Positions 1-9,924 of a stretch of DNA of 64,000 nt are shown here, one piece after another. The notes under the pieces were generated by a model, which did not search any database, was not told where the DNA came from, and saw only the letters and a list, made by a program, of their open reading frames with translations. The position numbers were made by a program, and so were the translations under genes. This stretch comes from Armatimonadota bacterium. Lineage in GTDB: Bacteria; Armatimonadota; HRBIN16. Each line of letters starts with the position of its first letter. Position 1 is the stretch's first letter. The DNA lies in NCBI GenBank assembly GCA_963677485.1, contig OY781964.1:4580862-4644861 (forward strand). The letters are read 5' to 3'.

Positions 1-261
1 GAAGACAGTCTCATCACGGTCGAATCGCCGATCGCGGGACTGTTCTACAGGGCTGGGTCGCCTGAAGACCGCCCATATGTGGACATCGGTGATGAAGTGA
101 GTGTCGGACAGATTGTGGCTCTTATCGAGGCGATGAAAGTGTTCAACGAAATCGCATCTGAAGTGAGCGGCGAAGTGGTCACTGTCTGTGTAGAGAACGG
201 TCAGATGGTTCGTTCAGGCGATCCGTTGTACAAGTTGAAACCGGTGGAGGGAAAATCGTGA
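1..261 (+). CDS. accB: Biotin carboxyl carrier protein-type biotinyl domain (C-terminal part; 5' end lies upstream of the window)
   Basis: Frame 1 is open from nt 1. The translation ...ITVESPIAGLFY...VGQIVALIEAMKVFNEI... carries the EAMK biotinyl-lysine motif of biotinyl carrier domains. Stop codon at 259-261. Confidence 0.75.
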   Translation, partial: EDSLITVESPIAGLFYRAGSPEDRPYVDIGDEVSVGQIVALIEAMKVFNEIASEVSGEVVTVCVENGQMVRSGDPLYKLKPVEGKS

Positions 262-1568
262 ATAGAAAGCAGATAAATGTAGGCCTTATCGGTATGGGCA
301 TCGTCGGCACTGGAGCAGCTAAAGTTCTAGTGGAAAATGCCGATTTGATTACCGCCAAAGTCGGTATACCAGTCAAACTGACCAAAGTGGCCGATAAAGA
401 TATCGTCACGAAGCGTCCTGTGGAATTGGACCCGTCTGTTTTCACAACAGATGCCAATGAGTTGCTTAACGATCCTGATATCGACATCGTCATCGAACTG
501 ATTGGCGGCGTGCATCCTGCGAAGGAGTTCGTACATACCGCCTTAGCCAACGGGAAGCATGTGGTCACCGCTAACAAAGAGTTGATTGCTAAAGATGGTC
601 ATGAACTCATGGATATGGCTGACCAAAATAAACTCGACTTTATGTTTGAAGGTGCTGTCGGCGGAGGGATCCCGATCATTGGCCCTATGAAGACGGTTCT
701 GGCTGCGAACCGGATCAAACGGGTGATGGGAATTGTCAACGGAACGACCAACTTCATTCTCACGAAGATGGCGGAAGATGGTGCCGACTTTGACAGCGTG
801 CTGAAAGAAGCACAGGCGATGGGATATGCCGAGGCCAACCCAACTGCTGATGTCGAAGGATATGATGCTAAGTACAAAATCGCGATTCTGGCTTCGATAG
901 GGTTTGTCTGTCGCGTGAATGTGGATGACGTCTACTGCGAGGGCATTACGAAGATAGCTGCCGATGAAATGCGATGGGCGAAAGAACTTGGATATGTCAT
1001 CAAGCTGGTGGCGATCGCGTCTGCCTCCGATGACGGCAAGATGGCGATCCGTGTCCATCCAGTGATGCTGCATGAGACGCACCCACTAGCAAGCGTGCGT
1101 GGTGTCTCTAACGCCATCATGGTGAACGGTGATGCTGTCGGGGATGTGATGTTCTTCGGTCCTGGTGCTGGCAGTATGCCGACGGGCAGCGTAGTGGCCG
1201 GTGATGTGGTTGATATCGCACGAAACATGGTTAAGAATGCCAATGGACGCGTGGGATGCACCTGCTTTGAACACCGTGATGTCACTCCGATGGATCAGGT
1301 GGTCTCGAGCCACTACCTGCGGATGCGCGTCATCGATCGTCCCAATGTCCTTGCTCAAGTAGCCGGGGTGCTTGGAGCCAATGACATCAGTGTGCGTACG
1401 GTCGTGCAGCGCCAGCGTCTGGATGAATTTGCCGAGATAGTATGGATCACCCATCCCGCCACCGAGGGCGATTTCCGCAGAGCCGTTTCTGAGCTGAAGA
1501 GGGTACCTGTGGTGACGAGTGTATGTGCCACGATGCATGTGGAGTTTCCTGCAGGATCCAAATACTAA
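258..1568 (+). CDS. hom: Homoserine dehydrogenase
   Basis: GTG start overlaps the accB stop (GTGA). N-terminal Rossmann motif GLIGMGIVGTG, the NGTTNFILT block typical of homoserine dehydrogenases, and a C-terminal ACT-like segment. Confidence 0.9.
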   Translation: MNRKQINVGLIGMGIVGTGAAKVLVENADLITAKVGIPVKLTKVADKDIVTKRPVELDPSVFTTDANELLNDPDIDIVIELIGGVHPAKEFVHTALANGKHVVTANKELIAKDGHELMDMADQNKLDFMFEGAVGGGIPIIGPMKTVLAANRIKRVMGIVNGTTNFILTKMAEDGADFDSVLKEAQAMGYAEANPTADVEGYDAKYKIAILASIGFVCRVNVDDVYCEGITKIAADEMRWAKELGYVIKLVAIASASDDGKMAIRVHPVMLHETHPLASVRGVSNAIMVNGDAVGDVMFFGPGAGSMPTGSVVAGDVVDIARNMVKNANGRVGCTCFEHRDVTPMDQVVSSHYLRMRVIDRPNVLAQVAGVLGANDISVRTVVQRQRLDEFAEIVWITHPATEGDFRRAVSELKRVPVVTSVCATMHVEFPAGSKY

Positions 1569-1587
1569 TTATTAGCTAGGTGGCCTC

Positions 1588-2664
1588 TTGAGGCTCAAAC
1601 TTGTAGACCGTTTAGTTCTGAGTGAGCTGGTGGTGCCATTTCTGGTCGGCACAGCCGCCGTCACCATGATGCTAATCGGTAATATGCTGTTCTACTATGC
1701 GGAACCTCTTTTTGCTAAAGGGGTTCCGATATTAGCTGTGCTGCAGCTTATTGTTTACCATACGCCCTCTCTTCTTGTTCTCACACTTCCAGTTGGCACG
1801 GCTGTAGCCGTCAGCCTGGCCATCAACAGGCTTCAACGTGATTCAGAGCTGACGGTCATCCGCGGTACAGGGATCAGCCTTAGACGCGTATTCGTGCCAA
1901 TATTAATGGTAGGGATATTGATTGGAGCGATGAATCTGGTGCTGAGCGAGCTGGTTGTGCCTAAAGCGGAAGGTGCCTTCAGACGGCTTCGGGACCGCAT
2001 TTACATGATGCAGACCTCACCCCTTCTCCGCCAAAATGTTGTGTTTCGGATGCAGAACTACACGTTCTACATCGGCGAAATCTACCGCAACGATGAGAAG
2101 GTCACCGAAGTGGGCAATGTCATGATCATTCAGGACGGCCTACCATACCCACGGACTGTAGTGGCACCGCGCGCTGACTATAGAGACGGTGTGTGGGTGC
2201 TGCACAAAGCGGTCGTGCATATCTACGGTGAGGATGGCACCGCCATTGATGCCGTGGCCAAAGGCCTGATGAAAATAAACCTTCGGGTGGCCATATCCGA
2301 TATCGTCTCGCCCCCTGCTCCCGAGGAAACCAGCGCAATGGATTTGCGCAAGCAAGCCGTCATTGCTCAGAACTCCGGCATTGATGCCACCCGTTTATGG
2401 GTCAGCTATCACTTCAAGCTAGCGGTGCCATTTGCGTGCGTCGTGTTCGCTCTGTGCAGCATGCCGTTGGCCCTTAAATTTGCCAGAGCAGGCAGCTTTA
2501 TGGGCGTGCTTTTGGCTATCGTGCTGGTCTTCGTCTTCTGGAACACGCTGCTGTTGTTCAAACTATTTGGTAACCAGGGATTGGTACCGCCTGTGGTGGC
2601 CGCCTGGATACCCAACTCGTTTTTCGGCATCATAGGGCTGTGGTTGCTTGCCAAATCAGATTAG
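1588..2664 (+). CDS. LptF/LptG (YjgP/YjgQ) family LPS-export permease
   Basis: TTG start. N-terminus MRLKLVDRLVLSELVVPFLVG, multiple TM helices flanking a central periplasmic domain, and ~358 aa length fit the LptF/G family. Confidence 0.75.
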   Translation: MRLKLVDRLVLSELVVPFLVGTAAVTMMLIGNMLFYYAEPLFAKGVPILAVLQLIVYHTPSLLVLTLPVGTAVAVSLAINRLQRDSELTVIRGTGISLRRVFVPILMVGILIGAMNLVLSELVVPKAEGAFRRLRDRIYMMQTSPLLRQNVVFRMQNYTFYIGEIYRNDEKVTEVGNVMIIQDGLPYPRTVVAPRADYRDGVWVLHKAVVHIYGEDGTAIDAVAKGLMKINLRVAISDIVSPPAPEETSAMDLRKQAVIAQNSGIDATRLWVSYHFKLAVPFACVVFALCSMPLALKFARAGSFMGVLLAIVLVFVFWNTLLLFKLFGNQGLVPPVVAAWIPNSFFGIIGLWLLAKSD

Positions 2665-2734
2665 CTTTGGCGGCTACCTGGTTATGTGTGAGCACCTGCT
2701 CGTGCTGACACTGCAGCCCAGGCTGTAACTGATA

Positions 2735-2753
2735 CAAGGGGCGCCCCTACGAC
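2735..2753. repeat. Solo half-copy of the GC-rich palindromic element seen at 49702-49788
   Basis: caaggggcgcccctacgac matches 49770-49788 (caagggacgcccctacgac) at 18/19 positions. It contains the perfect 12-nt palindrome aggggcgcccct. It is intergenic, between lptF/G-like and glnD. Confidence 0.4.
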
Positions 2754-2791
2754 CGGGTACATGCAAGCGACGTGATTCATAGGAGGTTGGT

Positions 2792-5449
2792 ATGACAATA
2801 CAGGACGGGATGAGTGGCTATAACGCTCGACAAGAGATACTGCCGCATATGGTCATCTCAGCGGAGTGGCTGGGTGAACTACGGCGTTGTGAAACCGCGA
2901 TATCGGTCGGGCAGTGGTTAGCGCAATATCGTAGTAAGGTGATGGAAACAAGCCAGGAGCTGCCTGGCGGATTATCGCTTTGCCGCATTTTCACCGCGCT
3001 AGTCGATTCCTGTATCAGCCGTCTCTACGACTTGGCGATCAGTGAAGCTGGGATAGACCAAGCCCCTCAGATGTGTGTCGTCGCAACCGGCGGATACGGA
3101 AGGCTGGATCTGTGTGCGCATAGCGATATCGATGTGACCTTCATCCCGGCCAGTGATGCGGAGAGTTCGTGTGAGCGTGTGATCCGCAGCATGTACCGCA
3201 TGTTGATCATCGCCTTCATGGACCAGGCCAAAATGACGATCGGATATGCGTATCGATTAATTGATGACTGCGGCAGCCTTGACCATGGTACGCAGACAAA
3301 TCTGGTTGATGCGCGGATCATTACCGGTTCAAGGCATGTTTTTGCCTTATTTCTGCAGGAATACTGGAGCCAGTTCAACGCTGCCGACTTTGTGTTTCGA
3401 AAAATCGCCGAACGCAATGAGGTCATCAAGAAGTTCGGTATAAGCCTTTATAGCGTCGAACCTCACTTAAAAGAGGCCGTAGGTGGGTTACGCGACATAC
3501 ACATGATCCGCTGGCTTGGAGCCGGCAAGGCATGTCTGACGACCGGCGGTGACTGGGCTAATGTGGCAGGGCAGGGGTTGATCGACCCCGAGGATGTAGA
3601 CACATTGGTAGCCGCCCATGAGTTTATTACGACGGTGCGGAACCATCTGCATATACTGGCTGGTGAAGAACGTGACATACTCACTGCCGAAAAGCAGGAT
3701 GCCATCTGCCAGCGAATGGGCTACCAAACGCAGAATGAAACTCCGGCAGTTGAGTTGTTCATGCGCGAGTTCTATACACATTCAGCCCATGTTTCCCGTA
3801 TCAGCCGCAAGGCGCAAATGCGGGCCAAGAAGGCCAAGTATCTGGTGGGGCTCGGTCTGGATGTGGAGAATGAAGAACTCATACCCAATATCCCCCTGTT
3901 ACAGATGCAGGACTTGAGCTGGATGATCCAAGCTGTCAGCATCGCCCAAGAATACGAGTTGAACCTCAGTGAGCGGCTTATCGCAATCATTCGTAAGATG
4001 GTGGTAGAAAACCCAGATATCCGGAGTATCGCGGATGTAGCGGATGAATTTTTCAACATGTTGCGAAGACCCCATTCGGTGTGCCGTTCGATGCGGATGT
4101 TGTCAGATACCGGGTTGCTGGGATGGATTCTGCCCGAGTTCGAATATACGATGGCGTTGATACCGTATGATCCTTCGCACGAGTTTACAGTGGGCGAACA
4201 CAGCTTGCGAGTGCTAGAAAACATCGAAAAGTTCCATGACATTTCGGACCACAACTACATGGACTACCGTCGCATACTGCAAGAGATTCCCAACCAGGAG
4301 GCTATCTATATGGCCGCCTTGTTGCATGATATCGGCAAAGCCAGGATGGGGGATCACTGCGTCAATGGTGTGTTGATGTGTCGCGATGTCTGCGCCAGGC
4401 TGCTTGTATCTGAAGAGGTACAGAGTGATATTGAGTTTATCATCGATAACCACTTACTGATGGCCGAAACTTCGCGGATGTTTGACCTAAACTTGGATGA
4501 GACGATCGCGACCTTCTGCAAAAATATCGAGACCGTGGACCGGTTGAACCTACTATATCTTTTCACGTATGCTGATGAGAAAGCCGTGGCACCCGGATTA
4601 TGGAGCGAAATCAAAGCCAACTACCAGCGTGATCTTTATAAGAAATCCGTGAACTACCTGACCGAAGGGATGAATGAGGAGAGCGGTCCTCAGGATATCG
4701 GCAGATACTATAGGCGGCTGGTGAAAGATCTACAGTTGGAGAAGTTTGATGAAAACCAGGTGAAACTTCACTTGGAAGAGATGTCTGCGGCGTATCTTCT
4801 CAACACCCCTCAGGAAGTGGTGGCGCTACACATCAAGATGGCCTCTGCCGTGGCCGATGGACGCCCGCAAATCGCCTTTCATACACAGCCTGGTAGTGAT
4901 ACGACCGAAGTGATCATCTGTGCTCCTGATGATCCGCTGCCGGGACTGATGGCCAAAATCGCAGGTGTGTTTTACGCGGCAGGCTGTGTGGTGCATAATG
5001 CCACGGTATACACCCGGATTGGGGCCGTGAACATTGCGATCGATACATTCGTCATTGATTACCGAGGCCGGGCTATTCAGACCAGTAAACGATCTGAGTT
5101 AGAACAGAACCTGACGGATGTGCTCACTGGCGCCAAATCCGTGGAGGAGCTAATCAAACAGCACCGCCGACGTAACGCTGTCTGGCCAGAGTTGAATTCT
5201 GTCACGATACGTCATGACCTGGCTAAAGAGTTTAGTGTAGTGGAGATCCGTGCCAGCGATACCCCTGGAATCTTGTTCTGGGCCAGCAGAGGGGTTAGTC
5301 AGCTAGGATGGAATATCTACAGTGCTAAGCTCAGTATGTGGGCAGGAAATGCCGTGGTGGTGTTCTATGTTCAGGATCTGTCCGATATGAAGGGCAATGA
5401 GGCATCAGAACGGTTGCGTCCTATACTGATCGACCGTGACATTCTGTAG
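2792..5449 (+). CDS. glnD: [Protein-PII] uridylyltransferase/uridylyl-removing enzyme (GlnD family)
   Basis: SD aggagg lies upstream. Nucleotidyltransferase motif GGYGRLDLCAHSDIDVTFI, HD-domain motif LLHDIGK, two C-terminal ACT-like segments, 885 aa. Confidence 0.8.
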   Translation: MTIQDGMSGYNARQEILPHMVISAEWLGELRRCETAISVGQWLAQYRSKVMETSQELPGGLSLCRIFTALVDSCISRLYDLAISEAGIDQAPQMCVVATGGYGRLDLCAHSDIDVTFIPASDAESSCERVIRSMYRMLIIAFMDQAKMTIGYAYRLIDDCGSLDHGTQTNLVDARIITGSRHVFALFLQEYWSQFNAADFVFRKIAERNEVIKKFGISLYSVEPHLKEAVGGLRDIHMIRWLGAGKACLTTGGDWANVAGQGLIDPEDVDTLVAAHEFITTVRNHLHILAGEERDILTAEKQDAICQRMGYQTQNETPAVELFMREFYTHSAHVSRISRKAQMRAKKAKYLVGLGLDVENEELIPNIPLLQMQDLSWMIQAVSIAQEYELNLSERLIAIIRKMVVENPDIRSIADVADEFFNMLRRPHSVCRSMRMLSDTGLLGWILPEFEYTMALIPYDPSHEFTVGEHSLRVLENIEKFHDISDHNYMDYRRILQEIPNQEAIYMAALLHDIGKARMGDHCVNGVLMCRDVCARLLVSEEVQSDIEFIIDNHLLMAETSRMFDLNLDETIATFCKNIETVDRLNLLYLFTYADEKAVAPGLWSEIKANYQRDLYKKSVNYLTEGMNEESGPQDIGRYYRRLVKDLQLEKFDENQVKLHLEEMSAAYLLNTPQEVVALHIKMASAVADGRPQIAFHTQPGSDTTEVIICAPDDPLPGLMAKIAGVFYAAGCVVHNATVYTRIGAVNIAIDTFVIDYRGRAIQTSKRSELEQNLTDVLTGAKSVEELIKQHRRRNAVWPELNSVTIRHDLAKEFSVVEIRASDTPGILFWASRGVSQLGWNIYSAKLSMWAGNAVVVFYVQDLSDMKGNEASERLRPILIDRDIL

Positions 5450-5452
5450 GCG

Positions 5453-5998
5453 TTAGCCCTGCCATTCGGCCTCGTTGTGCTCGGCTACATGGTTCAGATA
5501 TCGGCTGAGCACAAAAAGAAAGTCGCTAAGCCGGTTCATATATGCTGTGACCGTGGAGATGCCTGTGGTGTTTACTTGCGCGGTATGGATTGCGATTTCT
5601 GCACGACGGCATACTGTCCTGCAGACGTGAGTTTGGCTGGCGGCTGGCGTGCCTCCGGGGAGGATGAAATGCACGAGTGGGGGAAGCTGCAGCTCCATAT
5701 CATCGATGTTCTTCTCAAGACGGCTTGCGTCGATTTTGTCCAGGTATTGCGTGTTGCTGGTGCTCAAGTTATGTGAGCTTGAAACCCAGGCTCCGATGCT
5801 GAATAAGTCAGACTGACAAAGATGCAGAGAGATCCGCGCCACATCTGGAATATCAGGCATGCTCAACAGCAATCCGAGGTGTGCGTTGAGTTCGTCCAGA
5901 CAGCCGCAGGCGGCGATCCGAGCATCAGATTTCGGCACGCGGAGGCCTGATTGCAGACTGGTGGTTCCGGTGTCGCCTTTACGAGTGTATATTTTCAC
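5453..5998 (-). CDS. PduO-type ATP:cob(I)alamin adenosyltransferase
   Basis: N-terminus (V)KIYTRKGDTGTTSL is the hallmark start of PduO-type adenosyltransferases. GTG at 5998 is preceded by AGGAG 7 nt upstream. The longer track ORF (to 6151) is treated as a spurious extension. Confidence 0.85.
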   Translation of the reverse strand: MKIYTRKGDTGTTSLQSGLRVPKSDARIAACGCLDELNAHLGLLLSMPDIPDVARISLHLCQSDLFSIGAWVSSSHNLSTSNTQYLDKIDASRLEKNIDDMELQLPPLVHFILPGGTPAASQTHVCRTVCRRAEIAIHTAQVNTTGISTVTAYMNRLSDFLFVLSRYLNHVAEHNEAEWQG

Positions 5999-6194
5999 AG
6001 TTGTTCTCCTGAGGTGTATACGCATAGTGTATGGAAAAACGGGGTAGATGACAACAAACAAGCAGGAATCGGCGTCTATAATATAGAATGATACTGAGAA
6101 TGGATGGCTTAAGTACATCACATTCATTTGCTGCTTGTGTTGCATTCGCACTCGGATACAATAAGAATAGCAGACCGCTACTATCGGAGGAGTT

Positions 6195-7748
6195 ATGATT
6201 ACTAACCGGCGTTTGGTTTACATTGCAGCCGTTGCATGTATGATTGCAGCCCTGAGCAGCCTTAGTGCAGCGCAGGATGTTACTGGATATCGTGGAGGAG
6301 TAGAGCACAACAGCTACTACGGAAACTCTGTAAAACTACCACTTATACCTGTGTGGGCTGTGACCAGTACCTACACGCCCTCAAACACATCCACTCCTGT
6401 GATGGCCGGTGGTGCCACATATCTTGTGGCGAAAGATCGACTTATTGCAGTAGATACCGCCAGCGGAGCGGAGTTGTGGAAATTCCTTGGGCCTACCGAT
6501 ACCAAAGTGCAGCTCAGCGGCACTCCAACAGTGGCTGGAGACCGTATCTACATCGGATCAGCCAGGGGCACACTGTATGCCATTGCGACCTCCGGTGAGA
6601 ACATGGGAAATATGCTGTGGGGCTTCAAAACTCAAGGCTCTATTCCTGGCCACATTTCGGCCTACGCTGGGAACCTGTATTTTGGATCTACCGATGGTTT
6701 CCTGTATTCGGTTGATGGAGCGTCCGGTACGGCCTCTTGGAAACAGCCTTGCGAAATCGGTGATGCTATCATCGGTGGTGTCGTGGCGACAGAAGACAAA
6801 CTCTTCTTTGTGGCTGAGAACCAGAACATATACGGTGTCACCCGTGCCTCAGGTAGTGTTCGTTGGAAAAGCGTGGTGACTGGCGTGCAGAGCGGGGTCA
6901 CACCTGCTTATGCCGATGGTAACCTGTATGTTACGATGGATGACTCTATCGTAGCTCTTCACCCTGAAACTGGTAGATTGAAGTGGAGAAAGTCCGCTGC
7001 CAATATATTGGTCGGTAATGTCGCCGCAGGCAACAACAAAGCCGTGGTAGTTGACGAATTGGGAAATGTCACCTGCTGGGACGCTAACGGCGTAAGGTTG
7101 TGGACAACACCGAAGCCTGTGTTTAACACAAAACCAGCCTCTGGTGCCACCATCATGGGTGATTACGTGCTTGTTGCCGGTTCTCAAGGTGGGATAATTG
7201 CCCTCAACTCCGATACAGGTGAGCGAGTATGGCAGTTCCGTATGATCAACCAGCCCACCGGCCAAAAAGTCACGGGTGAAGTAAATATGGGCTTTACAGC
7301 CAGCCCTGTGATATCGAATGGCACTATGGTCGTCGCTACCGATTTCGGTGGTGGCGTAGCCTTCAGGACAGACGGTACCGATTCGGTTGCCCCAGTGGTT
7401 AAAGAGCTGGCACCAACACGAGGTGCTGTTGTGTCAGGCCTCACGGAATTGAAGATCAAGGCTACCGTGTGGGACATGATATCTGGCGTGAATCCACAAA
7501 GCATAAAACTGACCATCGATGACCAGTCTGTCGAATATGACTATGACGACATCACGGGCATACTGACATATCCCGCTAAGCCGAAGGACAACTCGAGCGC
7601 AGGCAAACCTGCTAAGGCTGAGGCTGCTAAAACGGTGAAAGCGGTGTCAGCGGGTCGGCATAACATCATCGTCTCTGTCAAAGACTGGGCGGGTAATCTC
7701 GAAGATTATTCCTGGGGTTACTTCGTGAGCAACACCTCTGCAAAATGA
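6195..7748 (+). CDS. Secreted PQQ-like (BamB-like) beta-propeller repeat protein with C-terminal Ig-like domain
   Basis: SD ggagg. Signal peptide ...LSSLSAAQD. Repeated G.(L/I)Y(A/S/G)(V/I)D..(S/T)G...W blades typical of PQQ-like propellers. C-terminal beta-sandwich-like ~100 aa. Confidence 0.65.
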   Translation: MITNRRLVYIAAVACMIAALSSLSAAQDVTGYRGGVEHNSYYGNSVKLPLIPVWAVTSTYTPSNTSTPVMAGGATYLVAKDRLIAVDTASGAELWKFLGPTDTKVQLSGTPTVAGDRIYIGSARGTLYAIATSGENMGNMLWGFKTQGSIPGHISAYAGNLYFGSTDGFLYSVDGASGTASWKQPCEIGDAIIGGVVATEDKLFFVAENQNIYGVTRASGSVRWKSVVTGVQSGVTPAYADGNLYVTMDDSIVALHPETGRLKWRKSAANILVGNVAAGNNKAVVVDELGNVTCWDANGVRLWTTPKPVFNTKPASGATIMGDYVLVAGSQGGIIALNSDTGERVWQFRMINQPTGQKVTGEVNMGFTASPVISNGTMVVATDFGGGVAFRTDGTDSVAPVVKELAPTRGAVVSGLTELKIKATVWDMISGVNPQSIKLTIDDQSVEYDYDDITGILTYPAKPKDNSSAGKPAKAEAAKTVKAVSAGRHNIIVSVKDWAGNLEDYSWGYFVSNTSAK

Positions 7749-8845
7749 GCACGCTCGAATTTGAGCTAGATGAGCGCACCAACGTGCTGCTCCGGCTCAG
7801 TAGTTGCGAGCTGCCATCAAGACGTGCGGCGGACCTCATGCGGAGGTTCGCCGCCGATTTATCGGGTATCTTCACTGCGGGTGATGAAGAACTTCAACCT
7901 GATGAAGGCCGTCTTCCATCCGCAGTCCTCGATCGCATCCGAAGCAGCAAGTGGCCTGATGAAGCCATGCAGCGGCGGTTCATCCACAGCGGTGCGAAGA
8001 TCGTCACCTTCATGGATTCTGCCTATCCCAAGCGTCTGCTCGATACTTACGATTACCCACCTATACTCTATGTCAGGGGTGATATTTCCGATAACGACCG
8101 GTTTAGTATCGCCGTGGTTGGAACACGTAAGGGCAGCAGTTACGGTAAAGCTGTGTCAGAGAATCTCTGTAGAGAGCTGGCTCATCATGGATTGACCATT
8201 ATCAGCGGAGGTGCGCGTGGGATTGACATCGCAGGGCATATCGGCGCGCTGCGTGGCGGGGGTAGAACCATCTGTGTTCTTGGTTGTGGTGTTGATGTGG
8301 CCTACCCACTGGAAGCCGAACCACTATTTGACCAGATCGCATCCCAAGGCGCATTGGTATCTGAGTATATTCCCGGAACGAAGCCTGATGCCTGGCGGTT
8401 TCCGGCTCGCAACCGCATTGTGGCTGGCATGGCGATGGGAGTGCTGGTTATAGAGGCCCCAGAGGCCAGTGGGGCTATGATTACAGTAAACTACGCAGCC
8501 GAACAGGGGAAGCAAGTCTTTGCAGTGCCTGGGAGCATTCAAAGTGCAAATAGCAAGGGCTGCCATAAACTGCTGAAGGATGGAGCCACTTTGGTGGACA
8601 GTGCTGATGACGTGCTGCAGGCATACGGTATCAACAGTAACATCAACAAGCAAGACCAACCTAAAAGCTTGAACGAACGCCAAAGCACAATCTGCAGCCA
8701 ACTCAGCCTGGAACCCGTGCATATAGATCAGCTTGCCACTTTATGCAATATGGATGTGTCGGACTTAATGGCCGAGTTACTGATGATGGAAGTGAACAAT
8801 CTGGTTCGGAGACAGCCCGGTAACACCTACGTGATCGTGCCGTAG
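7745..8845 (+). CDS. dprA: DNA-processing protein DprA (Smf)
   Basis: ATGA overlap with the upstream stop. Motifs GTRKGSSYG, SGGARGIDIAGH, FPARNRIVAG, and a C-terminal winged-helix-like tail. Confidence 0.85.
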   Translation: MSTLEFELDERTNVLLRLSSCELPSRRAADLMRRFAADLSGIFTAGDEELQPDEGRLPSAVLDRIRSSKWPDEAMQRRFIHSGAKIVTFMDSAYPKRLLDTYDYPPILYVRGDISDNDRFSIAVVGTRKGSSYGKAVSENLCRELAHHGLTIISGGARGIDIAGHIGALRGGGRTICVLGCGVDVAYPLEAEPLFDQIASQGALVSEYIPGTKPDAWRFPARNRIVAGMAMGVLVIEAPEASGAMITVNYAAEQGKQVFAVPGSIQSANSKGCHKLLKDGATLVDSADDVLQAYGINSNINKQDQPKSLNERQSTICSQLSLEPVHIDQLATLCNMDVSDLMAELLMMEVNNLVRRQPGNTYVIVP

Positions 8846-8849
8846 TCGA

Positions 8850-9170
8850 CTAGAATTTCAACAAGATATCATGCGGCAGGTAGTAGTGCGCCGAAAACTC
8901 AGCGGGTTTGACTACGATGAGTGCAGGCGGAATATTTTCAAAGAACATGTCCGCAATCCGCTTTGCATCTAGGATATCTATTGTCGATCCATCTAGTCGG
9001 ACGATTTCGAGATGCAGAAGGTCATCTTCACCCTCGAATTGCACCTTGAAGTCTCCAATAGTGGTGGCATAACGATCCGACCCATCCAGCCGAATCATGA
9101 TGTTTTTCACCGTATCGTCGCGCAGGTTCTGCAATATCCGCGACACCTCGAGATTGGTATTATCTGTCAT
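8850..9170 (-). CDS. Hypothetical 106-aa protein
   Basis: ORF whose start overlaps the birA stop by 11 nt, so it is the last gene of the minus-strand operon. No recognisable motif. Confidence 0.4.
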   Translation of the reverse strand: MTDNTNLEVSRILQNLRDDTVKNIMIRLDGSDRYATTIGDFKVQFEGEDDLLHLEIVRLDGSTIDILDAKRIADMFFENIPPALIVVKPAEFSAHYYLPHDILLKF

Positions 9171-9924
9171 AGGAATCTCCTGTCTCTTGATCTATGTTTT
9201 GTATGGTAACCCATGATTTATGCAATGGTACGGCAGAGCTGATAGCTTCAAGTCTTCCTGACCTTTGTATTAGCAGGTGACCGTGGTGGTCAACACCTGT
9301 CGCTGCGACCATCTCGCCGCCTGGCAATGTGTATTGAACCCCTGATGTGCAACTGAAGCTGCTCCAGGATTCGATTACCTGGGATAGCGATATGCGTCTG
9401 GCCCAGAGAATACGCTGCAGAAGGGCAGATGACATAGCATGAACCGCTATTATGATATCATATGGCATACGATAACCTAATTGGCTGAGAGACACTGCAC
9501 GCTGATTCAACCCCAAAGGCCATTCCGTTTGTTGAAGGTTGACACCAATTCCTATGCAATAACTCCCGCGGGCGATTTGCTCGATGAGTATACCCGCCAG
9601 TTTTCGATGGCCGACAATGACATCATTTGGCCACAGAAATCCACATCTCAGGCCACACATATTATGTATGAAGTCACCTACTGCCAATGCAGAAGCGAAG
9701 GGAAGCTTATGCATCAGACTGCTATCTCCATCGGCAGGAACGCTTAGCATGAGGCTGTCCCCAACTGCGGATATCCATTTGTTTCCATAGCGTCCTCGGC
9801 CTGAAGTTTGCTCAAGGCAACATACCGCAGCTGGAGGGAGCCCCAACGCACTGCGCTGTTTCATTACGTCCATTGTGGATGTTGCCGATGGGAGCAGAAT
9901 CAAAGGCAGCGGCGATTTATCCAT
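9160..9924 (-). CDS. birA: Biotin--[acetyl-CoA-carboxylase] ligase (class I, no N-terminal HTH)
   Basis: Motif QTSGRGRYGNKW (the GRGRxGR.W biotin-protein-ligase signature) and the GIGVN block. 254 aa. Confidence 0.8.
   Translation of the reverse strand: MDKSPLPLILLPSATSTMDVMKQRSALGLPPAAVCCLEQTSGRGRYGNKWISAVGDSLMLSVPADGDSSLMHKLPFASALAVGDFIHNMCGLRCGFLWPNDVIVGHRKLAGILIEQIARGSYCIGIGVNLQQTEWPLGLNQRAVSLSQLGYRMPYDIIIAVHAMSSALLQRILWARRISLSQVIESWSSFSCTSGVQYTLPGGEMVAATGVDHHGHLLIQRSGRLEAISSAVPLHKSWVTIQNIDQETGDSYDR

Noticed and set aside
5999-6194. Possible cobalamin riboswitch upstream of the PduO-type adenosyltransferase, in the divergent 195-nt region.
   Set aside because: I could not find a B12-box-like core or the conserved paired elements on either strand. 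The region looks like a plain AT-rich divergent promoter region.
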